A stretch of 61,916 nt of DNA from Nemertoderma westbladi (taxonomy: Eukaryota > Animalia > Xenacoelomorpha). Under the pieces are notes generated by a model. The model did no database searches. It worked only from the letters and a program-made list of their open reading frames with translations, and was not told where the DNA came from. Positions 35,069 to 46,472 of this stretch are shown here, piece by piece. Positions within the stretch are counted from its first letter, which is position 1; each line of letters begins with the position of its first letter. Made by a program: the position numbers and the translations under genes. The DNA is taken from positions 1-61,916 of the forward strand of contig JAUCBJ010007519.1 of NCBI GenBank assembly GCA_032718475.1. The letters run 5' to 3'.

Positions 35069-38000
35069 TTACGTTATGGAGTCCCTAGATCTTTGTCGAA
35101 TTAGGGAAGTGGTCGTAGGAAGAGTATCCTGCCTTCCATGGTTTCCGGACAGTTTTCGGTCTCTTTCCAGTAAACCTAAGCGACCAGCTGGGTGATTAGG
35201 CTGTCGTGTTACTTCCGCCGCTCCCTTGGCCTGTCTAATCTCCTCAGTGGTAAGATGAGGAGGCCATTCATCTTCTTCTTTACTTAGGGAGTCGGGTCCA
35301 CCTAACCAGCCGGGAGTATCTATCCGTTCTTGAGGAGTTGCTCTTCTGGAATCGATGTCGGCTGGATTAATCGTCCCAAGGCAATGTCTCCATTGATCTA
35401 CATTGGAGTTAATATCGTCATTATCTGAGGAGTATGGTGTTCCCTCAGTTGGGTCGTCCACATCACTGCTCTCCACTTCCCCCTTTACTTGGTATACCTG
35501 TTGTTGAGGGAATCTCTCTTTGAGAGTTCTACGGGAAGGGCCAGTGAAGTACCAACCTACTCTAGTTCTTACCGCATAGGTTTGTAGTGGCTGTGGTTGA
35601 GCAGGCCGTTTCTCTAATGGCTCGAGCGCCTCATGCGCGTTTTGGCCGATGAGTATTTGCACTCCAGGATAATCGGTTTGGAATCGAGGTATCTCAAGAT
35701 GTTGGATGCACTCGTCCTCGTCCCAGTTATAAGGTTCTGCTTGAGTAGTAGCAAAGTTCTTTATAGCCACCATTTTTACTGACCTTATTCCTTGTGTTCC
35801 TAACTTATCCTGGGGGGTGGACAACACACCTACATAGTAATCTGCCGTTAGGGTAGATTTCCAAACCTGCATAATTCCTGACATATTCAATTTAGTCCGG
35901 AACTTGGGTTGTCCAGCAAAGATATCTTCGGCTAGTTCTTGATCGATGAATGTTCCTGTGCTGCCAGAGTCAAGTAGGGCGTTCACTATGTAACTCTTGT
36001 TGGGACCATGAACTCGAACTTGCACTACAGGAAATTCTCTTATTCCTATGTTGGAAGTTGGAACTTTCCAAGATGGTTGTTTGTCAAAAGGAGTTGGAGT
36101 AAACTCGTCAGTGTTCTTTTCATCCGTAAGTGCTCGATACACTGTGGTATTTATTAGATAACAGGATTCGTTGGCATCGGAGAATTCGTCTGTATAGAAT
36201 CCTTCCCACTCAGAACCTTGGTCAGTGTCGTTCACATCACTGAATTGGACATGTAGTTCGGGCTCACTTACCTGACTCGGGTTGTCTCGTTCGAACTCAC
36301 TGTGTAACAAAATGTGATGTTTCGCGCCACACTTTGCACACTTTGCGTCGGAGTAACAGGTTCGCCGTTGGTGTCCTGATCTGAGGCAATTATAGCATAA
36401 CCGCTTATTCCAAAGGACTGTACGTCTGTCTACAGGGGATTTCTTTAGAAATTCAGCACACGCACTCAAACGGTGGGGCCCGTCGCACAGCGCACATTTT
36501 GGTTTTATGTTACTTACTTTACCTTGGGTAGTTTGCTGCACTCTCGTTCTTTCTTCGGGCTTTCTCCCGCGCGTTCTGTTGGGAGACTGAGGAGGGGTCT
36601 TAGCAACTTGTTCTCTCCTATTATTGGTTCGAGCTTTGTATTTACTTACGTCCTTGGAGGTTTTGTCAATATAATAAGACCGTTCGGTGTCTTTCCCGCT
36701 GTCTTCGTCTTGGGAAACTTGGCTTTCGCCGTCGTCAGTGTAACACACTGGTGTTACTCTTCTCCTGGAAGTGGGTTTCTCACTTACCTTATTTTCTGAT
36801 GTTTTCTCTCTGGCTTGCTTGATGAGTTGTAGTCTGACTTCACCATCCAAGAACGACATGAGATCAGCCATGGTAGGGCTTCGTCGTTGTTGGTCATTCA
36901 TGTACAACACTTTCTTGTCCCAGCGTGTACATACTCCACCCTTTGGTAAAGTAGAGACTACGGCTCCAATAACCATAGAACTCTGGTATTCGTGCGACTT
37001 ACCTAACCAGTCCAGTTGTCTACAGATCTCTTGTATTTCATCTGAAAATTCTATAATCCCACTACTAAGGAAGTGTCGGGGGGCTACCAATTTTGTATAC
37101 AGATACTTAGCGATGTTGTCTTTATTACCATACCTGATGTTTAATGTATCCCAAACTTGTCTTAATCCATCTGGATGTCCAATAAACTTTAACGCCATTG
37201 ACTTGGGAGGTCCTTCCAAACACTTGATGAGGAATCTAAGTTTCTCTCCGTTAGATAGTACAGAGTTCTGTATGCTATCTTTGTAATATTCGTTGAAAGG
37301 TAACCATTTCATCTCATCCCCATTGAATTTGACGATCTCTCCCACTTTGACCGCTTGGCGGGCTTCTGTTCTAGCCATCTGACGCGTAAAGCTTTCTTGG
37401 GCCATCGTGTTATTTAATATCGAATTATCGGTATCCAAATTTCTCGGATCATTATCAGGTCTATAGGGAATATCATTAATAACAGGTCTATAATCACCCT
37501 TAATAGGGTTTGCTATAGGAGTTTCAACTTCACTAGCAGTATAGATGCGTGTAGGCTCCACACCTTGCGCATGTGATACTTCAGACCTAACGGGTTGACT
37601 CAATGTTACCGGGGGCATTGGTATGCCTTTTTGAATATTGACTAATTTGTCGCGTTCTAGCGCGATACTTTGCTGCACTTCTTGCAACTCTGCTCTACTT
37701 TCCCTCACTGTTCCCTTAAGTTGGTGGACAGTCTCCTGCATCTGTCCTAGCAGAAGATTCATCCCCCGCCGTCCCTCTTCCACCCACTCAACCGCCGAAG
37801 CGGGAGTCGCCAACATAGTAGCGGGCTGACGCGGGACGACGGGAGACAAATTATTAATTTCTCTCTCTGCTATCTGGACAGGGGTGTTTGCATGGGCTGT
37901 TCCACCGGGTACAGGCAGTGTAGTGCTATGTAAAGGGAATTTAGAGTTAAGCTCTGGAAGTGTAGGGGTCTCTAGCACAGAATTGACTTTGGGAATTACA

Positions 38001-39733
38001 GGCCTAATTATTTCAGGTTCATCGACTATAGTAGGGAGTCTTTTGACCTGGATAAATTGTTCTATAGGTTCTGCACTACCTAAATTTGTGCTAGTTAGCT
38101 GTCTTTTAACAGCTGGGGGCAAATCAGGCAATTTACGACGGTAATATGTTTTTCTACGCCTACTTAGATGAGATCTATCTCCTCCGCCTTCAGGGTCGGT
38201 AGTATCGCCTTCCTCCGATGATGTGTACCCCTGGCGTTTGGGAGTAGATTTTCTCATCATCTGCATTTGATTAGCAGTGAACTGTTTATTTATACTATCT
38301 TGTGTCTCTTGCAGATTTTCCAACTCCAGTTGGGTAGTCTGCTCAGATGCTCTCCTTTCTGCTTCTGCCACTGCCTTTGCCACCTTTGCTTCTGCTTCTG
38401 CATCTGCCGCCGCTGCCTTTCTTTCTGCTTCTGCATCTGCCGCAGCCGCCGCCTTTGCTGCTTTTCTTTCTGCTTCTACTTCTGCCGCCGCTGCCTTTCT
38501 TTCTACTTCTGCTTCTGCCATAGCCGCCGCCATAGCCGCCGCCTTTTGTTCCTCTATCCTTCTTTTCTTTATTTGTTCTTCTCGGACCCTAGTGAGGCGG
38601 AGTTTTTCATCACATTCAGCTTGGTTTGCAGCTAACATTTCGGCATCGATCGAGTCCAATATAAGCTTGGTTCCTTCACTATTAGGGGAAAGTCCATGCA
38701 GCCGTCTCCTCAACTCTTCGTCTCCTAGGAATCGCTGATAGTCGGACAAATAAATGTCGATAGCGTCTCTAGTTCGCGGTTTCTCGGCGGCCTCTTCGCT
38801 TTCCTCTTGAGCAAGGGTGACATCAGTTGGTTCGGTGACATCAGTTGGTTCTTCATAGGTTGATCTCTCAGCCAGCTGGGATTTCCACGGGGCTGTTTCC
38901 TGTACTTTGAGATCTACTCGATGTAGCCAAGTTTTGACAGCAACCTGCAGCGACGTGTCCTGTCTTCTTTTGGAAGTTTCCTCAAAGGCTGAGAGAATTA
39001 GTCGAATGCGTAGAGTTCTTTCGCGTATTTGATATAGCAGTTCTTCCTGCTCTTGAGGTCCATGAGGTTGTCGAAACAGCTGCCCTTCCAATCGCTCCAA
39101 GGATTCGAAGAATCCCTGCACATATCCTGCTGCCGACCTCTTCCAAACAGCTGGATCCATTGTATCTTGAGCCACTCCCATCCTGTGTATATCTTCCCAA
39201 GTAGCCTCAGACAGGTCCAACGGGAGTCCGAGTCCGGGAAAGTTCCATTGTGATTCAACAATAGATATCAATTCTTCCCTGGCGTATCCCGCGTAATCAT
39301 CTTGGGTCGCTTGCTTATTCTTCGCCCAGTCGGCTTGATGTTCTTCCACCGCAATGAGTATAGTAGTCAGCACTGTAGCAGGAAGAGTAAGAAGGGGGTC
39401 TGAGTAGACTGTATCAGCCATCTGCACTCCATGTTCGGGAGTCAACTCTACAGTGTCCGAACTGCTGGAGCTATCTGGTCTCTGGGAAGTAGGTTCTTGA
39501 CCAAGATGTTGCTGCGATAGGACAGCTGCCTCTTGGTCCCGTTTTACCTGTGCCCGAGTGCCTATGATGGACCTATGGTGGACTAGCCTAGGGTCTGATA
39601 CTACTGGAGGGATGACCTTTTTTACAGTAGGAGGTGAGCCGAACTTCTCTATTATTCGCTCCACTCTCCTATCTGAATCACAGATAGTGGTCTCGATCAG
39701 ACTGTCCGACAGGTTTTGCTGAGTGTCAGACAT
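35069..39733 (-). CDS. BEL/Pao Gag-protease polyprotein (1554 aa) fused in frame to pol remnants
   Basis: DUF1759-like segment (KFNGDEMKWLPF..LSNGEKLRFLIKCLEG), three Cys/His knuckles (CALCDGPHRLSAC, CYNCLRSGHQRRTC, CAKCGAKHHILLH), aspartic protease ALLDSGS, AVRTRVGW, then QWRHCLGTINPADIDSRR; no YxDD or DDE. Confidence 0.92.
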   Translation of the reverse strand: MSDTQQNLSDSLIETTICDSDRRVERIIEKFGSPPTVKKVIPPVVSDPRLVHHRSIIGTRAQVKRDQEAAVLSQQHLGQEPTSQRPDSSSSSDTVELTPEHGVQMADTVYSDPLLTLPATVLTTILIAVEEHQADWAKNKQATQDDYAGYAREELISIVESQWNFPGLGLPLDLSEATWEDIHRMGVAQDTMDPAVWKRSAAGYVQGFFESLERLEGQLFRQPHGPQEQEELLYQIRERTLRIRLILSAFEETSKRRQDTSLQVAVKTWLHRVDLKVQETAPWKSQLAERSTYEEPTDVTEPTDVTLAQEESEEAAEKPRTRDAIDIYLSDYQRFLGDEELRRRLHGLSPNSEGTKLILDSIDAEMLAANQAECDEKLRLTRVREEQIKKRRIEEQKAAAMAAAMAEAEVERKAAAAEVEAERKAAKAAAAADAEAERKAAAADAEAEAKVAKAVAEAERRASEQTTQLELENLQETQDSINKQFTANQMQMMRKSTPKRQGYTSSEEGDTTDPEGGGDRSHLSRRRKTYYRRKLPDLPPAVKRQLTSTNLGSAEPIEQFIQVKRLPTIVDEPEIIRPVIPKVNSVLETPTLPELNSKFPLHSTTLPVPGGTAHANTPVQIAEREINNLSPVVPRQPATMLATPASAVEWVEEGRRGMNLLLGQMQETVHQLKGTVRESRAELQEVQQSIALERDKLVNIQKGIPMPPVTLSQPVRSEVSHAQGVEPTRIYTASEVETPIANPIKGDYRPVINDIPYRPDNDPRNLDTDNSILNNTMAQESFTRQMARTEARQAVKVGEIVKFNGDEMKWLPFNEYYKDSIQNSVLSNGEKLRFLIKCLEGPPKSMALKFIGHPDGLRQVWDTLNIRYGNKDNIAKYLYTKLVAPRHFLSSGIIEFSDEIQEICRQLDWLGKSHEYQSSMVIGAVVSTLPKGGVCTRWDKKVLYMNDQQRRSPTMADLMSFLDGEVRLQLIKQAREKTSENKVSEKPTSRRRVTPVCYTDDGESQVSQDEDSGKDTERSYYIDKTSKDVSKYKARTNNRREQVAKTPPQSPNRTRGRKPEERTRVQQTTQGKVSNIKPKCALCDGPHRLSACAEFLKKSPVDRRTVLWNKRLCYNCLRSGHQRRTCYSDAKCAKCGAKHHILLHSEFERDNPSQVSEPELHVQFSDVNDTDQGSEWEGFYTDEFSDANESCYLINTTVYRALTDEKNTDEFTPTPFDKQPSWKVPTSNIGIREFPVVQVRVHGPNKSYIVNALLDSGSTGTFIDQELAEDIFAGQPKFRTKLNMSGIMQVWKSTLTADYYVGVLSTPQDKLGTQGIRSVKMVAIKNFATTQAEPYNWDEDECIQHLEIPRFQTDYPGVQILIGQNAHEALEPLEKRPAQPQPLQTYAVRTRVGWYFTGPSRRTLKERFPQQQVYQVKGEVESSDVDDPTEGTPYSSDNDDINSNVDQWRHCLGTINPADIDSRRATPQERIDTPGWLGGPDSLSKEEDEWPPHLTTEEIRQAKGAAEVTRQPNHPAGRLGLLERDRKLSGNHGRQDTLPTTTSLIRQRSRDSIT

Positions 39734-41958
39734 GTTTAGTTATACAGTCGAATGTCTACTACTATAGTTTCAGTTAAAGCAAGTCTAGTAATTCAGTATG
39801 ACCGCAAGCCTAGCGATTTATTACCGGTACCGTTACTCAGTGGAACGTGATATATACAATATATTAGAATACCGGTATGCTTATAATATATAAGTATTAT
39901 TACAGACTAGATTTGTCACAGAGTACCGGTATATAATTTTAGCACAAATATATATATATATATAGTAGGCCTATAATGAATACCGGTATACAGCTTACAC
40001 TTATAGTATATAAGTATAATTCTGGATTAGAATTAATTACAGAGTACCGGTATGATTTCAGCTCAAATTTATAGAAATAAATATAATAAGCCTATGGTAA
40101 GTACCGGTATGTCAATTATTTTTAGAATAATTGAATTTCTGAATATTTTAGGGCTACTTGGTTACTTTAACTTACTTTGTTACCGTTATTTAAGCAGTAG
40201 TCCAACTGATAGTGAGACCTAGTTTTGTATGACAGGCCTACTATTTATAAATCGTTTGATTTGATTTATAATATTTATATACCCGTTTATATGGGTTTTG
40301 TCAATATTTGAAATAAATGTTATTATTTCTGGGGGTCACTACACAGAAGCTGAACGCCTCTCAGTGAAGTGCTATTTATTTGACACTAAAACTGATAATT
40401 CTAATTTACCTAAGTTACTTAATACTACAAATTACTTACGATACGGGTGAGATTAATTCTCTAATTAAACACAACAAAATATTACGTACGAATTTTTAGG
40501 GTAATTTTACAGGAAGTCTACAAACCAGCCTAACAAAGGGTTAGATTTCTGGTTATTATCAACAGACAGGGTACTACGGTATTTGAATAATAAGTAGTAG
40601 TAAATATATTGTACTGTCCAGATAGGAAAATACCACCGCCTGACGACCTATAACCGTATCGCTATAGGTACTACGTTATGTATCACGGATTGTTCCTACC
40701 CAGAAGCTAATAGAGCTAACGAATGTGCCTATCAACCACTTTACAACACAAATATACTGCCTACACTAATTACTTCGGAAGGCACTGTACACTAAACCCT
40801 AAATTAGGTACAAGTACCGGTATAACAAATAATCAGTAGTTAAATATACTTGAACAGTTAAAAGAACCACGGCATCTGCTGGAGTGACCGAAGCACAAAG
40901 TCGTCAGTCTTTACCTACGCCAAGCAGCCCTGATGTAGTACCGGGGTTAGTTTAACTATAACGGTATGTATAACAAGCACAATTACTGTAGGAATAAACT
41001 TGGGGACATGAATGTTGCGAATAATCGCATAAACTCTGAATAATAAATATTACGCTACCCGTACAGAATACTCAAACAAATACAAACCAAACGCTGGCGG
41101 ACTACTATCAAGCCTAAACAAACTACTGTATGTGCAGATTCTGAAACTGTTAGTTAGTATGCGTGCTAACACGGTAGTACGACTTACTCTTTAAGAGGGG
41201 ATTGACCTTACAGTGTTGACTGCCCCAACTTACTAACGGCGCTTGATCAGACCAACTCTACACACGCAGCAATCCCTTCAGACCCAAAAATAGCTAGACA
41301 ACAATCCAGCCTACAAAATATTTGAGTAATAACTATTACGGTACCTGAACAGACCACACAAACAAACACAGGCTAAAACACTGGCAGACTACGATCAAGC
41401 CTAAATAAACTACAGTATATGCAGACTCTGAAACTGTTAGTTAGTATGCGTGCTAACACGGTAGTACGACTTACTCTTTAAGAGGGGATTGACCTTACAG
41501 TGTTGACTGCCCCAACTTACTAACGGCACTTTATCAGACAAACTCTACACACGCCGTAATCTCTCCAAACCCAACCACAGTCAGACAGCAGCTCAGCCTA
41601 CAATTATCTGAACAATCTGAGCAGGGTCACACGCCTTCTGCTCAATATTAGCCTACTAGTAAATAAAACCAACAGAAATAAGTAGAATCTCAAATAAAAA
41701 ATCAGGGCGGCCGTTCCCTGATTAAGTACCAAGACCTACCGGTATACAACAATCAAAATCGAATAATACTAATGTACTTGTACAGCAGTACCGGTACCGG
41801 TGATGACAGTTAGGCCTACTGACCTACAAAGTACCGGTTCAGTTTTACCAGTCACTACGGTATTTTGCAACCCTATTGCCTACTGCAATAAGATTGTAAA
41901 CCGTTACTGTTCTCTAGAACAGTATTAAACTGTATTTAATACCTACACTGCAATAAGA

Positions 41959-41972
41959 ACATAAACTGTTAC
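41959..41972 (-). promoter_or_regulatory. Non-tRNA primer-binding site candidate, element B
   Basis: Sense gtaacagtttatgt directly after the LTR; 12 Watson-Crick plus 2 G-U pairs with LTR motif 42707-42720. Confidence 0.75.
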
Positions 41973-43216
41973 TGTTCGCGCTTTCGAAGACCTTTAGCAG
42001 TTTAACCTGCCAAAATTTATATGTCTTTTCGTTAATTAAAACCACTTTAGCATACGACAATAATTTATGCTAATACGCAAAACATTAGCCGAAGTCAGCC
42101 CATGCGCGATCATTCACCCGATGGATCTACACCCGGGAGACTGAATTCGGATGCTTGAATTGTATTATTACAGTGTAAGGTTGTAGTGTATACCTAATGT
42201 ATTATTCGATAGATCGTTAATAATTAATCTCTGACAGATATTATTGGCTTTCGGGAAATATTAACAGTTCCTTTAGGACGTGGCGCTTTACCTATTTAAA
42301 CAGAACTAAGACTTATACTAAACGCAACGATACTGCTGCTGATTAAAGTATAAAACGTATTCTTTAGGAAATACTTTGTTACCAATCACAATCATACACA
42401 CTATTCTGCCGACAGTCAGTATATTTGATCACACATAAAGAGAGCAGTAATTGACTCGCGTAGGGTCTGCTAAATAACATTGGATTCAATACACACCACA
42501 TTAATATAAATCGCAATTGTTATTTATAGCCGGTCTCTCTAACCTGTAGTGTTATCAAGAAAATTGGGAATTGGGTGATTTATCCGTATTATCCAAATAG
42601 CGATATTTCCATCAACAAATATTTACAATTAATAACTGACGGTAAAATAACAGTACAAACAATATGATTAATGAATTAGTGAGTGATTTAAGTCAGGATT
42701 GATGAGGTAACAGTTTATACTTTCGATAATTCAAGCAGTTTACGGTACAGCAGTATTGGTTACAAAATGCCGGTGTTTCTGGCTTAGACAGCAATAACAA
42801 CAAAAGTAACAACTCTCTCTCTCTCTCCAGTCAGCCGAAAAACACTCTCCCTATGATCCGCAGGAAAGCTACACGTCGACAGGAAAAACCGCCCTGATTG
42901 GCCCAAGCCACACAAAGAACCACGCTGCCAATGGCTGTTTCCATGTCAGCAACCAGCTGCTAGATGTCGTAATATGAATCATCACGGCTAAGCTGTGAAA
43001 GGTGGTTTGTGCATTACAAGTTTTTGTCTTACCATGTCCGCTAAAACACGTATATAGCAGAATGATTTTTATGTCCGTTAAAACACCTGTAAAGGTACCT
43101 TGCGGGCGAGGGGAATATATATACAGTTAGAAAACCCTTTTTAGAGTATTCCAGCGCCGGGGGGGGAACTGGCCAGCAAAGGCAAACGTATCAGTTATCC
43201 CACAAAAGCTTTTACA
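41973..43216 (-). repeat. 5' LTR of element B (1244 bp)
   Basis: Near-identical to 30788-32060 except two locally divergent patches. Confidence 0.93.
42707..42720 (-). promoter_or_regulatory. LTR-internal motif complementary to the PBS position (candidate self-primer), element B
   Basis: Sense gtataaactgttac; same motif at 31552-31565 in the other LTR. Confidence 0.75.
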
Positions 43217-44344
43217 GTTCTGGAAATATATTTTGGTCCGGTATGTTAACGACAATTAGTACTTAACATGACACACACACTGCACTGCTGCACACGGCTG
43301 TACATATACACTGTACTGCTGTACGCAGACATACCATACAACTGTACAATGTATCAAAGAGTCTGCCTGTGCGTTGCCAACACTACAGCACAGCTGATCA
43401 GTAACCAGTGTTTTAATGTATTTGTAGGCCTTACTTCTCCTGTTCTCTGCTCGTTGCGCCATCGGCGCTACAGAAATGGAATGCCATAGAACGCAACAGA
43501 ATGTATAAGCCAATGGAATTCGAGTGGAATGTATAAACCGATCTTAGGTTGTTGCGCTGTTGCGCCAATGTTGTTCATTGGTTATAGGGCTGTTGTGCTG
43601 TTGCGCCGTTGCGCCATTGCGCTGTTGTGTGTTTTCCAGGAAGCCTAGGCATAGGGGGTATAATGCCTCTTATACCAAATCTAAAACATCGCCAATATAT
43701 TTGCACAACAGGTGAAATTTATTGCACTTATGCTGCTAGGTGCTAGAATCAAATAATTCGCTTCAAATAGTGAACGCAAGGCCGGAGTTCGCCAGGTTCA
43801 GTGGCGGATTTAGGGGGGATGGAGGACATTGGGTCATTCCCCCCCCCCCCCCGCCCCCCCCCCTTCTCACAACAAGGGCACAGCCACGGACTGACGGCAT
43901 AGGGCTGCATGGGGGGGGGGGGGGGGGGGGGCAAAGGAAAGGAACGTCCCCCTGTCCTGCTACTGTATATCATACATAGTACTATCGGCGTTCTCGACGA
44001 ATAGCAGTGCTCGGAATATTCATCCTTTATACTTAAATCCCTCATGTAACCCCATAATTGCTAATCAAAAGTTACACTGTAAACCAATAAACTTGGCGAA
44101 AATGGAAGAATGCGAAAGAGGAAGTGAAAGAGTCCAAAATTCCACAAAATTTCTTAGTTTAGACCCTCCAAGACTTATGGTTAGATTACACGACAATTTT
44201 AATTAAAGTTTGGGTCTGACCATAAATAACTCTAACCAAAAAAATTAACCAATAAATCCAAGTTAAAGTTGTTCGAAGTTTTAATTCTTGCTTTTCGTGT
44301 TTTTCTTATAAATTTCACTTTCATAATTATGCGGTTTACATTAA

Positions 44345-45808
44345 ACTACACACGAAGTGGGGCCTTCGCGCAGCACGTGACTTAACTATACTTAGTTATA
44401 CATTTCGCCCTCTAACGGCAGACTGGAGGACTCCAGACCGTTTACTGCCCACCAAAGACTCAGGCCGAATTCTACTACATATCTGCTACGTTTCAGCTTG
44501 AACGGATCATAAATAACGAGATGGGAGAAAGATTTCACTTTCAAACATTTCGCCCTCTAGCGGCAGACTGAAGAACTGCACACGGATTAGCCTTCAATTC
44601 AATTCAATTCAATTCCTTCTTTCAAAGTCACAGCTAATGGTCTAGTACATATCTGCCAAATTTCAGCATAAATGGATTAAAAGCAAAGAAATGGGAGGAC
44701 ATTTAACGTTTAGACATGTGGCCCTCTAGCAGGAGACTATTGCTCTGATGGTGTCTGAAAGTCTCTCAAACGTCTCAACTTTAGCTCATATTGATACCTA
44801 CAAATTTTCAACTTGGCAGCTTTAAATCCGACAAAGTTATTAGCATGTCAAAATCGTAACGACGACAACGATTTCACTTTCAGACCTTTGGCCCTCTAGC
44901 GGCAGACTGGAGAACTGCAGATGGATTCGCCTCCTTTGAAAGTCACAGCTAATGGTCTAATACATATCTGCCAAGTTTCAGCTTAAACGGATTAAAAGCA
45001 AAGAAATGGGAGGGCATTTAATGTTTAGACATGTGGCCCTCTAGCGGGAGACCATTGCACTGATGGTGTCTGAAAGTCTCTCAAAAATCTCAACTTTTGC
45101 TCATATTGATACCTACAAATTTTCAACTTGGCAGCTTTAAATCCGACAAAGTTATTAGCATGTCAAAATCGTAACGACGACAACGATTTCACTTTCAGAC
45201 CTTTGGCCCTCTAGCGGCAGACTGGAGAACTGCAGATGGATTCGCCTCCTTTGAAAGTCACAGCTAATGGTCTAATACATATCTGCCAAGTTTCAGCTTA
45301 AACGGATTAAAAGCAAAGAAATGGGAGGGCATTTAATGTTTAGACATGTGGCCCTCTAGCGGGAGACCATTGCACTGATGGTGTCTGAAAGTCTCTCAAA
45401 AATCTCAACTTTTGCTCATATTGATACCTACAAATTTTCAACTTGGCAGCTTTAAATCCGACAAAGTTATTAGCATGTCAAAATCGTAACGACGACAACG
45501 ATTTCACTTTCAGACCTTTGGCCCTCTAGCGGCAGACTGGAGAACTGCAGATGGATTCGCCTCCTTTGAAAGTCACAGCTAATGGTCTAATACATATCTG
45601 CCAAGTTTCAGCTTAAACGGATTAAAAGCAAAGAAATGGGAGGGCATTTAATGTTTAGACATGTGGCCCTCTAGCGGGAGACCATTGCACTGATGGTGTC
45701 TGAAAGTCTCTCAAAAATCTCAACTTTTGCTCATATTGATACCTACAAATTTTCAACTTGGCAGCTTTAAATCCGACAAAGTTATTAGCATGTCAAAATC
45801 GTAACGAC

Positions 45809-45898
<90 letters not shown>

Positions 45899-45990
45899 AA
45901 CGACGACGACGACAACTATTTGCATAAATTGACCCACCCCCTAACAGTGTCAATTCGCTAAGGCTCCGCCAACTTCGTGGCTCGCCCCAC
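44345..45990 (-). mobile_element. Non-autonomous Helentron/HINE (DINE-1-like) element with internal 315-bp tandem array and (GAC)n microsatellite
   Basis: Subterminal inverted repeats cacgaagtggggccttcgcg (44351-44370) / cgctaaggctccgccaacttcgtg (45956-45979); microsatellite ~45805-45915 next to one end; ~4.5 x 315-bp core. Confidence 0.65.
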
Positions 45991-46472
45991 ATACACACAC
46001 ATATCAGTTCATTAGGATACGTTTACTTACATAGGAGAATGGCCTGGACCGTTATGGCCTATTATGGGGACGGGATGGTACTTCGCCATTGAACGACAAG
46101 GAATTCAATATAATTTTTTTCTAAAATCTATAACTTTTTAGACTAATACCTAAAAACCCACGTTAACCAAAAACCTTTGGTTTCGCGTCAGTAGGTCCTT
46201 TGGTGCAATATCCTGGTGTCTTTACGGGAAAGGAGCATGTTACTGTGACATGTTATTCGAACCAAAACAATAAACGAGGCCAATTAATAGTACATGTTAC
46301 AGTTTAATTATTGCTGGGAATAAATAGATTTATGATAAGAAATAGCTTTACTGTCCTGTATTTAAAATTCCGGCCGGAATTGACCCCATTCCGGCAAATC
46401 CGGCCGGAACCGGGCAAAAACCGCCGGAATTCCGGCCGGAACGGAATTCCGGGACATCCCTAGATAACATAC

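Larger units (their letters stand above)
30788..43216 (-). mobile_element. Non-autonomous BEL/Pao LTR retrotransposon 'B' (12.4 kb), related to A, no matching TSD
   Basis: LTRs 30788-32060 and 41973-43216 with the same termini as A; Gag-protease ORF; flanks ccttc vs gttct. Confidence 0.9.

Noticed and set aside
35069-39733. Domesticated host gag gene
   Set aside because: It sits between two LTRs with PPT and a recently inserted sister copy; behaves as a mobile element.
43799-43935. Poly-C / poly-G stem or G-quadruplex element
   Set aside because: Homopolymer runs following a cagtggcggattta MITE-like end; similar runs occur at 46800, 50790 and 60635; no specific evidence of function.
45753-45998. 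Poly-Arg / poly-Asp ORFs
   Set aside because: Translations of the (GAC)n microsatellite.
46348-46472. C-terminal part of ORF 46348-46656 as coding
   Set aside because: Lies after a GT donor and consists of ttccggccggaa palindromic repeats, probably a small intronic element.
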